Assembly: GCA_037445065.1 (NCBI GenBank)
Contig: JBBILD010000007.1
Span: 64,001-128,000, forward strand
Direction: 5' to 3'
Length of the DNA stretch: 64,000 bases
Origin: Myxococcales bacterium
Lineage (GTDB): Bacteria; Desulfobacterota; Binatia; HRBIN30
In this document: positions 46,823 through 56,177 of the stretch, one piece after another
Layout of the letters: every line of letters begins with the position of its first letter
Position numbering within the stretch: the stretch's first letter is position 1
The notes under the pieces: model-generated
What the model was told of the DNA's origin: nothing
The model's input: the letters and a program-made list of their open reading frames with translations, nothing else
The model's database searches: none
Program-made: the position numbers and the translations under genes

Positions 46823-47404
46823 ATGCCCAACGTTTCCCCAGCAGACTTCAAGCGAGGAATGGTGATTCTGCTCGACGGGGTGCCGCACGTCATCGAGGAG
46901 ATGCACGCCACGGGCACGGCCAAATTCAAGCAAAAGGTTCACGCCCGCATGCGCCACTTAGCCAGTGGGCGCGTCATCGAGCGCACTTTCGCTGACAACG
47001 AAACCGTTACCGCTGCCGAGCTGGAGCAGCGTAAAGCCACATACAGCTACCGGCAGGACGACGTACTCGTGTTTCTCGACAGCGAGACCTACGAACCGCT
47101 CGAACTGCGGGTGGAACAGCTTGGAGACAAGCTCGCCTTCCTCAAGGAGAACGAAGAGTACAAGGCGGTGTTTCTCGACGGTAAGCTCGTGGACGTGCAG
47201 GTTCCCGACCAAGTGGTGTTGCAAGTCGTGGAAACCGGCCCGGCCCAGCGCGGCAGCTCGGACTCCACGTGGAAACCGGCCAAGCTGGAAACCGGCCTCG
47301 AAATCATGGTGCCGCTGTTCATCGAAACAGGGGAGCGCATTCGCGTAGACACAGCGGCACGCAAGTACGCCGGCAAGGAATCGCCAGAAAAGAAAAGCGC
47401 CTGA
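46823..47404 (+). CDS. efp: Elongation factor P (divergent tip loop)
   Basis: 'DFKRGMVILLDG', 'FLDSETYE', 'KPAKLETGLEIMVPLFIETGERIRVDT'; Lys34 sits in TAKF instead of PGKG. Confidence 0.85.
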   Translation: MPNVSPADFKRGMVILLDGVPHVIEEMHATGTAKFKQKVHARMRHLASGRVIERTFADNETVTAAELEQRKATYSYRQDDVLVFLDSETYEPLELRVEQLGDKLAFLKENEEYKAVFLDGKLVDVQVPDQVVLQVVETGPAQRGSSDSTWKPAKLETGLEIMVPLFIETGERIRVDTAARKYAGKESPEKKSA

Positions 47405-47497
47405 GCCGCAGTTTACCGCGCAGCGCCTCCTGCGGGCAGGTGGTGTCGCCGAGATCGCCAGCGCGGTCGGCGAGTGGGACGCGCACAGCCGCGCGCT

Positions 47498-49213
47498 TCA
47501 GGGGAGTACCGTATCCGTGTCCCGTCCGGATCGGAGTACTCGCCCGGGAGTGGCGCCCGTGTCACGGCCGTCGCGCACGATGGCGGTTCCGTTGACCAGT
47601 ACGAACGGAACTCCGCGCGCTCCGGAGTAGAGCCGCTCCACACCGCCGGGAAGATCGCTGCGCGAGCGAATCGGCTCGGCGTCAATTTCGTTCGGATCGA
47701 AGAGAACGAGATCCGCCCACATTCCCGCTTCCACCCGGCCGCGCCCGCGCAACCCGAAGTAGCGAGCGGGAACGTCGGTGATCAGATGAACCGCCTCCTC
47801 CCACGACAAAAGCCCACGCTGTCGTACCGCTTGCGCCAAGAACGCGGTTGGATAGCGGGCGCCGCACATGCGATCGAGATGCGCTCCCGCGTCCGACCCC
47901 CCGATCATCGCGCGTGGGTCGCGCCACACCTCGCGCCGCAACTGCCAGCTCTCTTCGTCATCGTCGGCGGGCAACGGCCACAAGGCGGTGCGAAGCTCAT
48001 CGGCCACCACGATGTCCAGCAAGGTGTCGAACGGATCCGTTGCCCGCTCGCGTGCGATCTCGGCCACGCTGCGGCCACTCAAACCGCGGTTCTCGGGCGC
48101 GAAGGTGTCGCCGATCTCATAGGCACCCCAGCGCGCGAGACTGGCGAGCGCGCCAGTGGCAGACTCGGCGCTCGTCCGCATCTTTTGGCGAGTGGCCGGA
48201 TCGCGCAGGGCCCGGATGCGTTCTTCCACAGGAAGCGACAGCACGGCCCCCCAGCCCGGGAGCGAGTTGAGCGCGCAGTGGTCCAAAAAGCTCATCTTGA
48301 GGCCACCTAAAATGGGCATCGTGAGCGCGACGATGCGCGCCCCCATGGCGCGCGCACGTGCCCCGGCAGCCAACTGGTGTTCATGGCGAGCGCGATTGGT
48401 TGCCGACACGCCGAGGACATTCCAATTGAGCGGGCGCCGCGCCGCGCACGACATCGCGATCATCAAGTTGACTTCGCTCTCGCTGAACTGGGTGAGGCAG
48501 CCATCCACGATCAACTCGAGGGTGGTGCCCGGGTGGTGGCGGACGGCACGCGCCAGAGCGAGCATTTCCTCGGGCCCCGCGAAACGCGACGGCACCGGCG
48601 CGCCATCACCGTCGGCATGGGTGAACGCCTGTGAGGAAGAGAAGCCGAGGCCGCCCGCGGCAAGCGCCGCGCGCAAGAGGCCCACCATGGCGTCGATTTC
48701 TTTCGTTTTTGCCCGCTGGCCCACTGCCGCCGCACCCATCACTCGCCGGCGCAGCGCACAGTGCCCCACGAGGAAGCCCGCGTTCAAAGCGATGCGGCCT
48801 TCCAGCCGGTCGAGATAATCGGCAAAGCTCGTCCAATTCCACGGCACACCTTGCTCGAGCGCCTCCAGTGGCATGCCCTCCACCTTCACCATCATGCGGC
48901 GGATGTAATCCTGATCCTGTTCGCCGAGCGGAGCGAGGCTAAAGCCGCAGTTGCCGGCAATGACGGTGGTCACCCCGTGCACGTTGGACGGAGTCAACGC
49001 TGGGTCCCAAAAAATCTGCGCGTCGTAGTGCGTGTGTGGGTCAATAAACCCTGGGGCTACGAACAGCCCGTTGACGTCCCAGCACTCCCGCGCTGGCTCC
49101 GCGGCTGGACCCAAGTAGGCGATTTTTCCGTCTCGAATCCCGACCGACACTTGCTGGCGGGGCTTGCCGCTGCCGTCAATGACCGTTCCACCGTCAATTC
49201 GTAAGTCCAGCAT
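47498..49213 (-). CDS. N-acyl-D-amino-acid deacylase family amidohydrolase
   Basis: 'APGFIDPHTHYD', 'HGVTTVIAGNCGFSLAP', 'GSDAGAH', 'ADLVLFDP'. Confidence 0.92.
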   Translation of the reverse strand: MLDLRIDGGTVIDGSGKPRQQVSVGIRDGKIAYLGPAAEPARECWDVNGLFVAPGFIDPHTHYDAQIFWDPALTPSNVHGVTTVIAGNCGFSLAPLGEQDQDYIRRMMVKVEGMPLEALEQGVPWNWTSFADYLDRLEGRIALNAGFLVGHCALRRRVMGAAAVGQRAKTKEIDAMVGLLRAALAAGGLGFSSSQAFTHADGDGAPVPSRFAGPEEMLALARAVRHHPGTTLELIVDGCLTQFSESEVNLMIAMSCAARRPLNWNVLGVSATNRARHEHQLAAGARARAMGARIVALTMPILGGLKMSFLDHCALNSLPGWGAVLSLPVEERIRALRDPATRQKMRTSAESATGALASLARWGAYEIGDTFAPENRGLSGRSVAEIARERATDPFDTLLDIVVADELRTALWPLPADDDEESWQLRREVWRDPRAMIGGSDAGAHLDRMCGARYPTAFLAQAVRQRGLLSWEEAVHLITDVPARYFGLRGRGRVEAGMWADLVLFDPNEIDAEPIRSRSDLPGGVERLYSGARGVPFVLVNGTAIVRDGRDTGATPGRVLRSGRDTDTVLP

Positions 49214-49321
49214 CTCTCCTCTCCTCGCGTGCCGTTCCCTGCAGCATGGCAAAGGGGTGAACGTTTGTTAATCCCTTGCTCGCTTCTTCACAAGCACGCC
49301 CCTTTCTGCCACCACTCGTCC

Positions 49322-50521
49322 ATGGTGGACACCAGTTGGCAGGCCTTGCTCGATTGGCTGGGGAGTGCCCCGCGTGAAAACGGCAGCGACGCGCTCGCCG
49401 CCACTGCGCGCTTGCTTCACACGCAGCTCGCCAACCTCGGCTGGCAACCGAGCACGCACGTCTACACAGCGTACCCTTACGAAGCTCGCATTCTCGGTGC
49501 GTTGTTGCTGCTGCTCTCGCTCGCCTACACGCTCTCGATGTGGACCCGCCGCTTCGGCTGGGCCGCACTCCTGCCGCTGTTCGGCTTGGCCGTTGCGTTT
49601 CTCCAGCTCGAGTGGCACTGGCCGCTCGGCTGGTTTGCTGCGGTCGAGCAACAAAACATCATTGCCACGCTGTCGCCTGCTGAACCGAAACAGCGACTCA
49701 TTCTCAGCGCCCACTTCGATACCAAGACCGATTTTCTCGACCATGTGGCGCGGGCGCCGGTGTTTGTCCTTGGCATTCCGCTCACCGTACTCATGGTCGC
49801 GATTGCGCTGGCCAGTTACGTGGGCTTCCATGCCGGGAACTTCACCCCGGCCCGGCGCGCGTTGGCGCGGCTGCTCGGCTGGGCAAGCTTGCTGTATGGC
49901 ACGGCCGCGTTCCTTGCACTGAGCGCCGGTGGACTGATGCGCGAGCGCAGCCCCGGCGTCCTCGACGACGGCGCAGCTTGTGCTGTGCTCTTGCGCCTTG
50001 CGGAAACACTCGCGGCTCGTCCGCCTGCGCACACCGAGGTGCGGTTCGTGTTTTTCTCGGGCGAAGAAATCGGCGCGCAAGGATCGCGTGCTCTGGTGGC
50101 GGAGGAAGGCGCGGGCGGCAAGCCGGCTTTGCCAGAACGGGTGGTCAATCTCGACCCGATCGGAGCTTCGACCGACTTCGCCGTGCTCGCGCGCGAGCGC
50201 GCCTTGTTCTGGAGCTATCGGGCCGACCCTGAAGTGGTGGGGCTGCTCGATCGCGCCCACCAGCGGCTGCGCAAAAAGCCCATTCCCGTGCTTGATCTCA
50301 GTGGGCTCACCGATGCCTGGTCGTTCTTGCGTGCCGGCCGCCCTGCGGCCACGGTGTTGAATCCCGTTCCCCGGTTCGGCATTCCGCGCGGCTTACACAG
50401 CGCGCAGGACCGCGCCGAGCGCATCCCGCTCGGGGCTTTGGAAGAAACTTTGCGCTTTTTCGAAGTCGCGGTGCGGGAGTACGACCGCGTTTCTGCCAGC
50501 ACCAGCGGCGGAGTAACATGA
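49322..50521 (+). CDS. Membrane-embedded M28 family peptidase
   Basis: 'SAHFDTK', 'GVLDDGAA', 'SGEEIG', 'VNLD', 'LHSAQD' with TM hairpins inserted. Confidence 0.8.
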   Translation: MVDTSWQALLDWLGSAPRENGSDALAATARLLHTQLANLGWQPSTHVYTAYPYEARILGALLLLLSLAYTLSMWTRRFGWAALLPLFGLAVAFLQLEWHWPLGWFAAVEQQNIIATLSPAEPKQRLILSAHFDTKTDFLDHVARAPVFVLGIPLTVLMVAIALASYVGFHAGNFTPARRALARLLGWASLLYGTAAFLALSAGGLMRERSPGVLDDGAACAVLLRLAETLAARPPAHTEVRFVFFSGEEIGAQGSRALVAEEGAGGKPALPERVVNLDPIGASTDFAVLARERALFWSYRADPEVVGLLDRAHQRLRKKPIPVLDLSGLTDAWSFLRAGRPAATVLNPVPRFGIPRGLHSAQDRAERIPLGALEETLRFFEVAVREYDRVSASTSGGVT

Positions 50522-51023
50522 GCCGCGGTTTTTGCGCGCGAGCCGGAGTCCTGGGCAGCTCTGGCCTTCACCGCCCGCCGAAGCGCGCCAGCCCACCTCC
50601 CCGTAAGGAGCACACTGCAGGGGCGCGCAGCGCAGCCGGTTGGACGGCCTTCTCCGGAACCGCGGCGGTCGCGAACAACGACCCAAGCCCCCCATCCGTT
50701 CCTGGAGTGGCCACACGCTCCCGCACCGCGGGGCCGGTCATGCGCCAGGAGGATGCCCATCGCTCGCGCGAGACCGAGGGCCAGCTAGGTCGTCTTTGTG
50801 CAACACGAGCGGCATACCTTCGCTCACGCTGAGAGGGTGCGAAGCCAGTCTCGACCACGCCCACATCGTTCCGAGTGTGACCTGCTCTGTGGTCATCGAA
50901 TGGGGGGGGCGGTCGAGCCCAGCAGAACCGTGGCGCGCGTTTCTGCTGCCTCCGAGTTCGCTCACCCCGAGGACAAGGCACACGAGTGCGAGCTTGGCGC
51001 CCGAGCGCCCGTCGCAGCGCCCG

Positions 51024-53450
51024 TCAGCGCGGCAATGCAGGTGGAGCGCCTGCCCCACCCGCCGGTGTAGGCTCCGGCGGAACCTCGGAACCCAAGCCTG
51101 CCACGCTCAGAGCGGTGGCTAAGACGGCCTGCGTTACGCGGTGTGCAAAGGGCAGGTCGAGCGTGGCAAGTGTGTCCGTCGGCCGGTGATAGTGGGGATT
51201 GCGATAGAGCGCTGTGTCGGTCAGCAACACTGCGGCATAGCCCCTGTCCCAAAAGTGCGAGTGATCGCTTAAGCGCGTTGCCACCATGCACGCTCCCTTG
51301 CCGGCGACCACGCCGCTTCCCACGAGCAGGGTACGAACATAGCGGATTGCAGCCTGTTCGAAAGAACGCAGAAGATCAACCGAAGCCTCGTTGGCCACCG
51401 CCGCGATAAAGTTGCCTACATTGAGGCCACTTTGACTCACGCGCAAGCAGCCTGGGATATCCGAGAAAGCACCTTGGCATCCAGGGCGATGGCAGGTGTA
51501 CCCGATCATGTCCAACGAGAACATCCCGAGGAACTCCCGTCCTTCGTAGTGCGCGCGCTGCACGAACCTCAAACTACCCAAGATCCCCACCTCCTCCAAA
51601 CCAAAGGCGACCAGTTCCACAGAGGATCCGGTCTCGACACGGGAGAGCACACGTGCAATTTCGAGGACCGCAGCCACGCCGGAGGCATTGTCATCCGCTC
51701 CAGGGGAGCGGGGAAGGGGCACCGTGTTGAAATGCGCACCGATCACGAGCGCACGGCTCGGATCCCGACTGCCTCTGCGTTTCACAATAATGTTCTCGGT
51801 GTGGCTGAATGGCATGCGCGTGACTTCGTAACCAAAAGACCTGAATTGCCTGACGATGTAGTCGGCAGCGTCGGCCTGAGTCGCTGGAGTATCGCGCCGT
51901 CCCTCGAGGGCGGCGATATGCATCAAAAGCTGATCAATCGAAACTTCTGCCACCAGCCGATCGATTGCACCCGGTGTGGGCGTGGGTTGCATAGGCGGGC
52001 AACCGATCAATGCGTGGCCAACCGCCCGAACCAGTTCGTCCACCGTGACACTGCCGTTTGCGTCGCCATCCGACGCTGCACAGCGTTCGAGCGCGAACTC
52101 CCCCAGCGCTACGTTTACTCCTTGAACCAACTCATCGATTGTCACCCGCCCATCCCCATCGCAGTCGCCGGCGCAGGCTGGGGTAGGAACAACCGTCGCA
52201 GTTCTGGTGAAAGTAGGTGGGGGCGTTCGAGTGGGAGTTGCGGTTTTTATGATCGTGGGGGTCACCGTCATGGTTGGTGCAAGCGTGATCGTTGGCGTTG
52301 GGGTAACGCTGGGCGTCACGCTTGTGTCCGAGGGTAAAGGGAGCGGGCAGCCGCCGGGGACCTCGCGAATTGCGATGCCTGAGAGCCGGCAACCTGCTGG
52401 GCAGCCAGGGATGTGGATCGTGCCCACCACGTCAAGGGAGCGCGTGTCCATTACTGTCACGACACCTCCCGAACGGCCCAGATACGCCAGACTTCCATCA
52501 CGCGTCAGGGCAATTTCACTCGCCGCTAGTAAGACGTGGCGCACGGTAACCGTGGCAGCGTCAACCACTACGAGCGCGTCCCGCCCTGCCACGTACACCG
52601 AGCCGCCATCCGGCCTTACGGCGATGGCACCTGTGGAGGCCCCCGTAGACCGAAAGGAGTCTGTCAATGGATCGAACGCAAGGAACCTGCCAAACCCGGA
52701 ACCACTCGTGGCGTAAACGGTCGAGCCGTCAGGAGCCACACCAATGCCCCCCACTCCTTCGTGATCAGGGTGTCCATCCACAGCGTGAAGGATCCGGATC
52801 TCCTTCATCTTTGCCGTGTCCACCACGGCGATCATGGACTGGCTGCCGGGAACATACACCCGCGAGCCATCTGGGCTGACGGCGAGCTGACCAATGGCAC
52901 CAAGGCTCACTTGAAGCGGAATCGAAGCAATCACCGTGTTCGATTCCAACGACACCACCGAAAGCTCCTTTCCGCCCGCCACGTACAGCCGATCCCCGGT
53001 AGGGCTCACAACCAAAGCTCTGCCATTGACAGGAATCGTCGCCAATGGTTCCCTGCTCGCCCCGTCTAGCACAAACACGCGTTGCGGGCCGAGCTCTTGC
53101 TCCGACACCAGCGCGTAAAAGCGGGATCCATCGGGGGCCACGGCTACATCGGCCACATGCTGCGCCGGGAGGTGCAACGTCGTCAGCACGCGCGGAGCGG
53201 CGGTGTTGATCACAGAGATGCTGGCGACATCGTGAGTGGCCACATAGATGCATTCCTCTCCGCTCGCGGGTCGCAAGGATATGAGGAACATTGCTCCGGC
53301 TGCTGCTCGCCTGGCCCTTCTCCATAGCCCCGCTGTGGACAACACTCTCCTAGCAGGCTCGAGGTACCCACGGTGCATCCGGCGCGCCTGCAGGCGCCGC
53401 GGATTCAGCAGACCTGCCAGCGTACCGCCCAAGCCCATCCGGTAACGCAA
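51024..53450 (-). CDS. Multidomain exported protein: YVTN/YncE beta-propeller, Thr/Pro linker, dockerin-like module, M28 peptidase
   Basis: Blades 'VAVAPDGSRFY', 'LAVSPDGSRVYV'; TPT linker; 'CAGDCDGDGRVTIDELV...DANGSVTVDELV..GC'; M28 'GAHFNT', 'PGADDNASG', 'LEEVG', 'SLDMIG', 'SDH', 'YHRPTD'; true start probably downstream of 53450. Confidence 0.82.
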   Translation of the reverse strand: MRYRMGLGGTLAGLLNPRRLQARRMHRGYLEPARRVLSTAGLWRRARRAAAGAMFLISLRPASGEECIYVATHDVASISVINTAAPRVLTTLHLPAQHVADVAVAPDGSRFYALVSEQELGPQRVFVLDGASREPLATIPVNGRALVVSPTGDRLYVAGGKELSVVSLESNTVIASIPLQVSLGAIGQLAVSPDGSRVYVPGSQSMIAVVDTAKMKEIRILHAVDGHPDHEGVGGIGVAPDGSTVYATSGSGFGRFLAFDPLTDSFRSTGASTGAIAVRPDGGSVYVAGRDALVVVDAATVTVRHVLLAASEIALTRDGSLAYLGRSGGVVTVMDTRSLDVVGTIHIPGCPAGCRLSGIAIREVPGGCPLPLPSDTSVTPSVTPTPTITLAPTMTVTPTIIKTATPTRTPPPTFTRTATVVPTPACAGDCDGDGRVTIDELVQGVNVALGEFALERCAASDGDANGSVTVDELVRAVGHALIGCPPMQPTPTPGAIDRLVAEVSIDQLLMHIAALEGRRDTPATQADAADYIVRQFRSFGYEVTRMPFSHTENIIVKRRGSRDPSRALVIGAHFNTVPLPRSPGADDNASGVAAVLEIARVLSRVETGSSVELVAFGLEEVGILGSLRFVQRAHYEGREFLGMFSLDMIGYTCHRPGCQGAFSDIPGCLRVSQSGLNVGNFIAAVANEASVDLLRSFEQAAIRYVRTLLVGSGVVAGKGACMVATRLSDHSHFWDRGYAAVLLTDTALYRNPHYHRPTDTLATLDLPFAHRVTQAVLATALSVAGLGSEVPPEPTPAGGAGAPPALPR

Positions 53451-53568
53451 ACACTACCGCTGCCGGGCGCTCTGCATGGCCGTGTCCTCCCCTCCCGGAA
53501 ATCGCCTTTTCTCCTTGCTCTGCGCGGGGTGCGCACCCACTGCGTGTCTCCGTGAACCTGCCTTCTTA

Positions 53569-53594
53569 AACGCTCGCGGCGGCCAAAAAGTTCC
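53569..53594 (-). promoter_or_regulatory. ECF-sigma-type promoter GGAAC-N17-CGTT
   Basis: Minus strand GGAAC-tttttggccgccgcgag-CGTT upstream of the multidomain M28 gene. Confidence 0.5.
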
Positions 53595-53808
53595 CAGAAA
53601 ATGCATTTTTTTCTCTGGGCCGGTTGCTTGGGCTTTGTTGCCGGGTGCGGGCTCTTCGTCTCTGCCCGAGCCCCCCTTCTCCAACACACGCTTCCCGCAA
53701 ACGGCTCCCCCACAACGCTGGTGCGGCGCTTCCTCCGCTCGAAGCCGCTTTACTCACCGTGCCTGCCAAAGGACGCTGCCAATATTTGGAAAAGCGACTT
53801 CCCTCAAA

Positions 53809-53834
53809 AACGCACGAGGCCCGCAAAAAGTCCT
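53809..53834 (-). promoter_or_regulatory. Second copy of the ECF-type promoter motif, AGGAC-N17-CGTT
   Basis: Minus strand AGGAC-tttttgcgggcctcgtg-CGTT, 240 bp from the first copy. Confidence 0.4.
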
Positions 53835-53927
53835 CGCACGCGAGCGAGAGGGGCTTTGGTGTTGCAGTGACCTCGGCTCTGGGCTGTGGAGCGTCGCCTC
53901 CCCGGGTGCTCGGCGCTTAGCCCCGGC

Positions 53928-54614
53928 TCAATGCGTGGATGCGGTTCCCTCGCTTTTGCCGGTGCGGGGGAGCGGCGCAGCGGACCAGCAACGCGATGCC
54001 AGTGCCTCCCCCGCGGTGGCGCTGCCACCCGGAGCACTGCACCCCGCAAGGGCCGCGTTGACTGCAACGACCACCTCGTCCACCGTGCCCCGGCCGTCGC
54101 CACTGCGGTCGGCTGCTGCACAGGTCGCAAGCGGTGCGTCGCCAAGGACGATGCTGACACCGCGCGCGGGTTCGTCCACGCTCACGCTGTTGTCCCGGTC
54201 GCAATCGCCGGTGCAAATGGGCGCCCCTCGGGCCAGCAGTACCGAGACCTCATTCGAAAGCGAGTTGACGGTCACGATGTCCAGGCGCCCGTCGCTGGTG
54301 AGCTCGGCCACCCCGAGGTGGCGAGGACGGTCACCGATGCGAACGGACTTTGCGCCAGCGAGCCTGCCCCCTTTGCCGCCAACCTGCACCGACACTTGAT
54401 TCGAGACAGCATTCGCGCTGGCGATGCTCAGGCGGCCATCGCGGCTCAGGTCGTCCACTGCGACCCCGCTTGGCTCCCTGCCGCCCTGGGAGCATCGCGT
54501 TCCAGCCAGCGTGTCTTCCCCAAAACCGCTGCAGCAGAGCGACGACAGCGAATGTGGCCCCCGCCGCGACTGGTGTGCGCTACCCCCCAAAAGCAGCTTG
54601 AAAAAATGTGGCAA
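53928..54614 (-). pseudogene. Decayed FG-GAP/VCBS-repeat protein with C-terminal dockerin-like module
   Basis: Eroded FG-GAP repeats 'PSGVAVDDLSRDGRLSIASAN', 'PRHLGVAELTSDGRLDIVTVN'; eroded 'CTGDCDRDNSVSVDEP...DRSGDGRGTVDEVV..GC'; no signal peptide or good start. Confidence 0.65.
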
Positions 54615-55289
54615 ATGCTACTGCGTCTCGATGACCCGAGCGGGAACCAGTAGGCGCCTGGTCGCGCGCACCAATCACGCCGGGAGGGAACCAAGAGCCG
54701 TAGGCACGCATTCCCCTTCCACCGCCGGCTCGCGCCAGAAGCCGCGCGCTGCAGTCACTCCACAAAGAACGGCGAAAGTATCCTCCAATACCGCCCATTC
54801 CAGGGGACTGCAGGAGCGACGTTCGTGGAGCCGCTGGTGCGATTTGTGGGCTCGTGGCCAAGTTGCACCAAGGGCAGGCGCAAAGGTTTGCCCCGGAGAG
54901 TTGTGGCGTGGGCCGCGGCTTCCCGCGGAGCACGAGCCCCGACCCAGGTGCGGTGCCCTGGGGAACTCGCTGCGCGCCGTCGTGAGCAGCTCTTAGCTCG
55001 GGTTCGCGTGCGAGGGTCTGGCGAGGTTTCGAGCCGTTGGCGCTCGCATGACCCTGCGCGCCCGACCGCTCGACTCTGCGGGCAGATGTAACCCGCTCTC
55101 AATGAACGCGCTCCTGCGAGAGGCGGGCCAGGCGCGCGTGTAGGCGCGGGCCGCACGACCCGTTGTCACGGATGCAACAAAATCGGAACGGGCCGCAGGA
55201 ATGGCCGTGGAGGAACGACAAGCTGAGGTCGTCGCGTCCCCGCATGGCGGGCGTTTTTGTTCTTCCTGGCATGAGGTTGAGCGGTTTGC

Positions 55290-55318
55290 TTGCGCCGTTT
55301 CTGGGGAGCAAGTAGGGT
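55290..55318 (+). promoter_or_regulatory. Candidate leaderless promoter of cnoX
   Basis: TTGCGC-N17-TAGGGT-N7-ATG(55326); no Shine-Dalgarno. Confidence 0.4.
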
Positions 55319-55325
55319 GCTCTAC

Positions 55326-56177
55326 ATGAACCAGCACGTGATCGAAGTTACCGAAGAAAATTTTGAAAAAGAGGTCATCGAACGTTCGCGCACCGTACCG
55401 GTGGTTGTGGATCTGTGGGCGCCGTGGTGCGGCCCGTGCCGCACGTTGGGGCCCCTTCTCGAGCGCCTTGCCGCTGAATTCGGCGGCCAATTCGTGCTGG
55501 CTAAGATCAACGTGGATGAAAACCCGCTCCTCGCCCAAGCCTTTCGAGTGCAGAGCATCCCGTATGTGCTGGCGATTCGCGACGGGCAAATCGTGGCGCA
55601 GTTCTTAGGAGCGCAACCTGAGGCGCGGGTACGCGAGTTCCTGGCCGCGTTGCTGCCGAGTGATGCAGAGCGCTTGTCCGCGCAAGCGACGGCCCGGCTC
55701 GCGGCTGGCAAAGCCGCGGAAGCGGAGAAGCTCTTCCGGCAAGCGTTGGAAATCGACCCGCGCTCTGCGGCCGCACTGCTCGGACTGGCTCGAATTCTAC
55801 TCGAACGCGGGGAAGAAGACGAGGCGCGAACGCTGCTCGACCGGGTCGAACCCGGACCCTACCGTGTGCAAGCCGACCGCCTACTGGCAGAACTCCGCTT
55901 GCGCGAGGAGGTCGGTGCGGACGAAGCCACGTTGCGCCAGCGCCTGGCAGCCAACGCGGCTGACTTGGAGGCTCGCCTGCAGTTGGGAAAACGGCTCGCC
56001 GCTCAGGGTAGGTACCGCGAGGCCTTGGAGGAGCTTCTCGAAGTCGTGCGGCGGGATCGAAACTTCCAAGATCAAGCGGCGCGCAAAGCCATGGTGGATA
56101 TTTTCCAAGTTCTCGGCAGTGGCAACGAGCTAGCGGAACACTATCGCTCAGAGCTGGCGAAAATCTTGTTCAGTTGA
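55326..56177 (+). CDS. cnoX: Thioredoxin-TPR chaperedoxin (CnoX/YbbN family)
   Basis: 'PVVVDLWAPWCGPC' with intact CxxC, TPR helices, C-terminal 'YRSELAKILFS'. Confidence 0.92.
   Translation: MNQHVIEVTEENFEKEVIERSRTVPVVVDLWAPWCGPCRTLGPLLERLAAEFGGQFVLAKINVDENPLLAQAFRVQSIPYVLAIRDGQIVAQFLGAQPEARVREFLAALLPSDAERLSAQATARLAAGKAAEAEKLFRQALEIDPRSAAALLGLARILLERGEEDEARTLLDRVEPGPYRVQADRLLAELRLREEVGADEATLRQRLAANAADLEARLQLGKRLAAQGRYREALEELLEVVRRDRNFQDQAARKAMVDIFQVLGSGNELAEHYRSELAKILFS

Noticed and set aside
50522..51023. IS or gene remnant between the two M28 genes
   Set aside because: No terminal inverted repeats, transposase motif or recognisable domain in any frame
52160..52330. Thr/Pro-rich DNA repeats as a non-coding repeat element (also about 43460-43620)
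   Set aside because: Explained as in-frame low-complexity protein linkers
56148..56177. 30-bp convergent overlap of cnoX and panE
   Set aside because: Short 3' overlaps are common; no evidence of function
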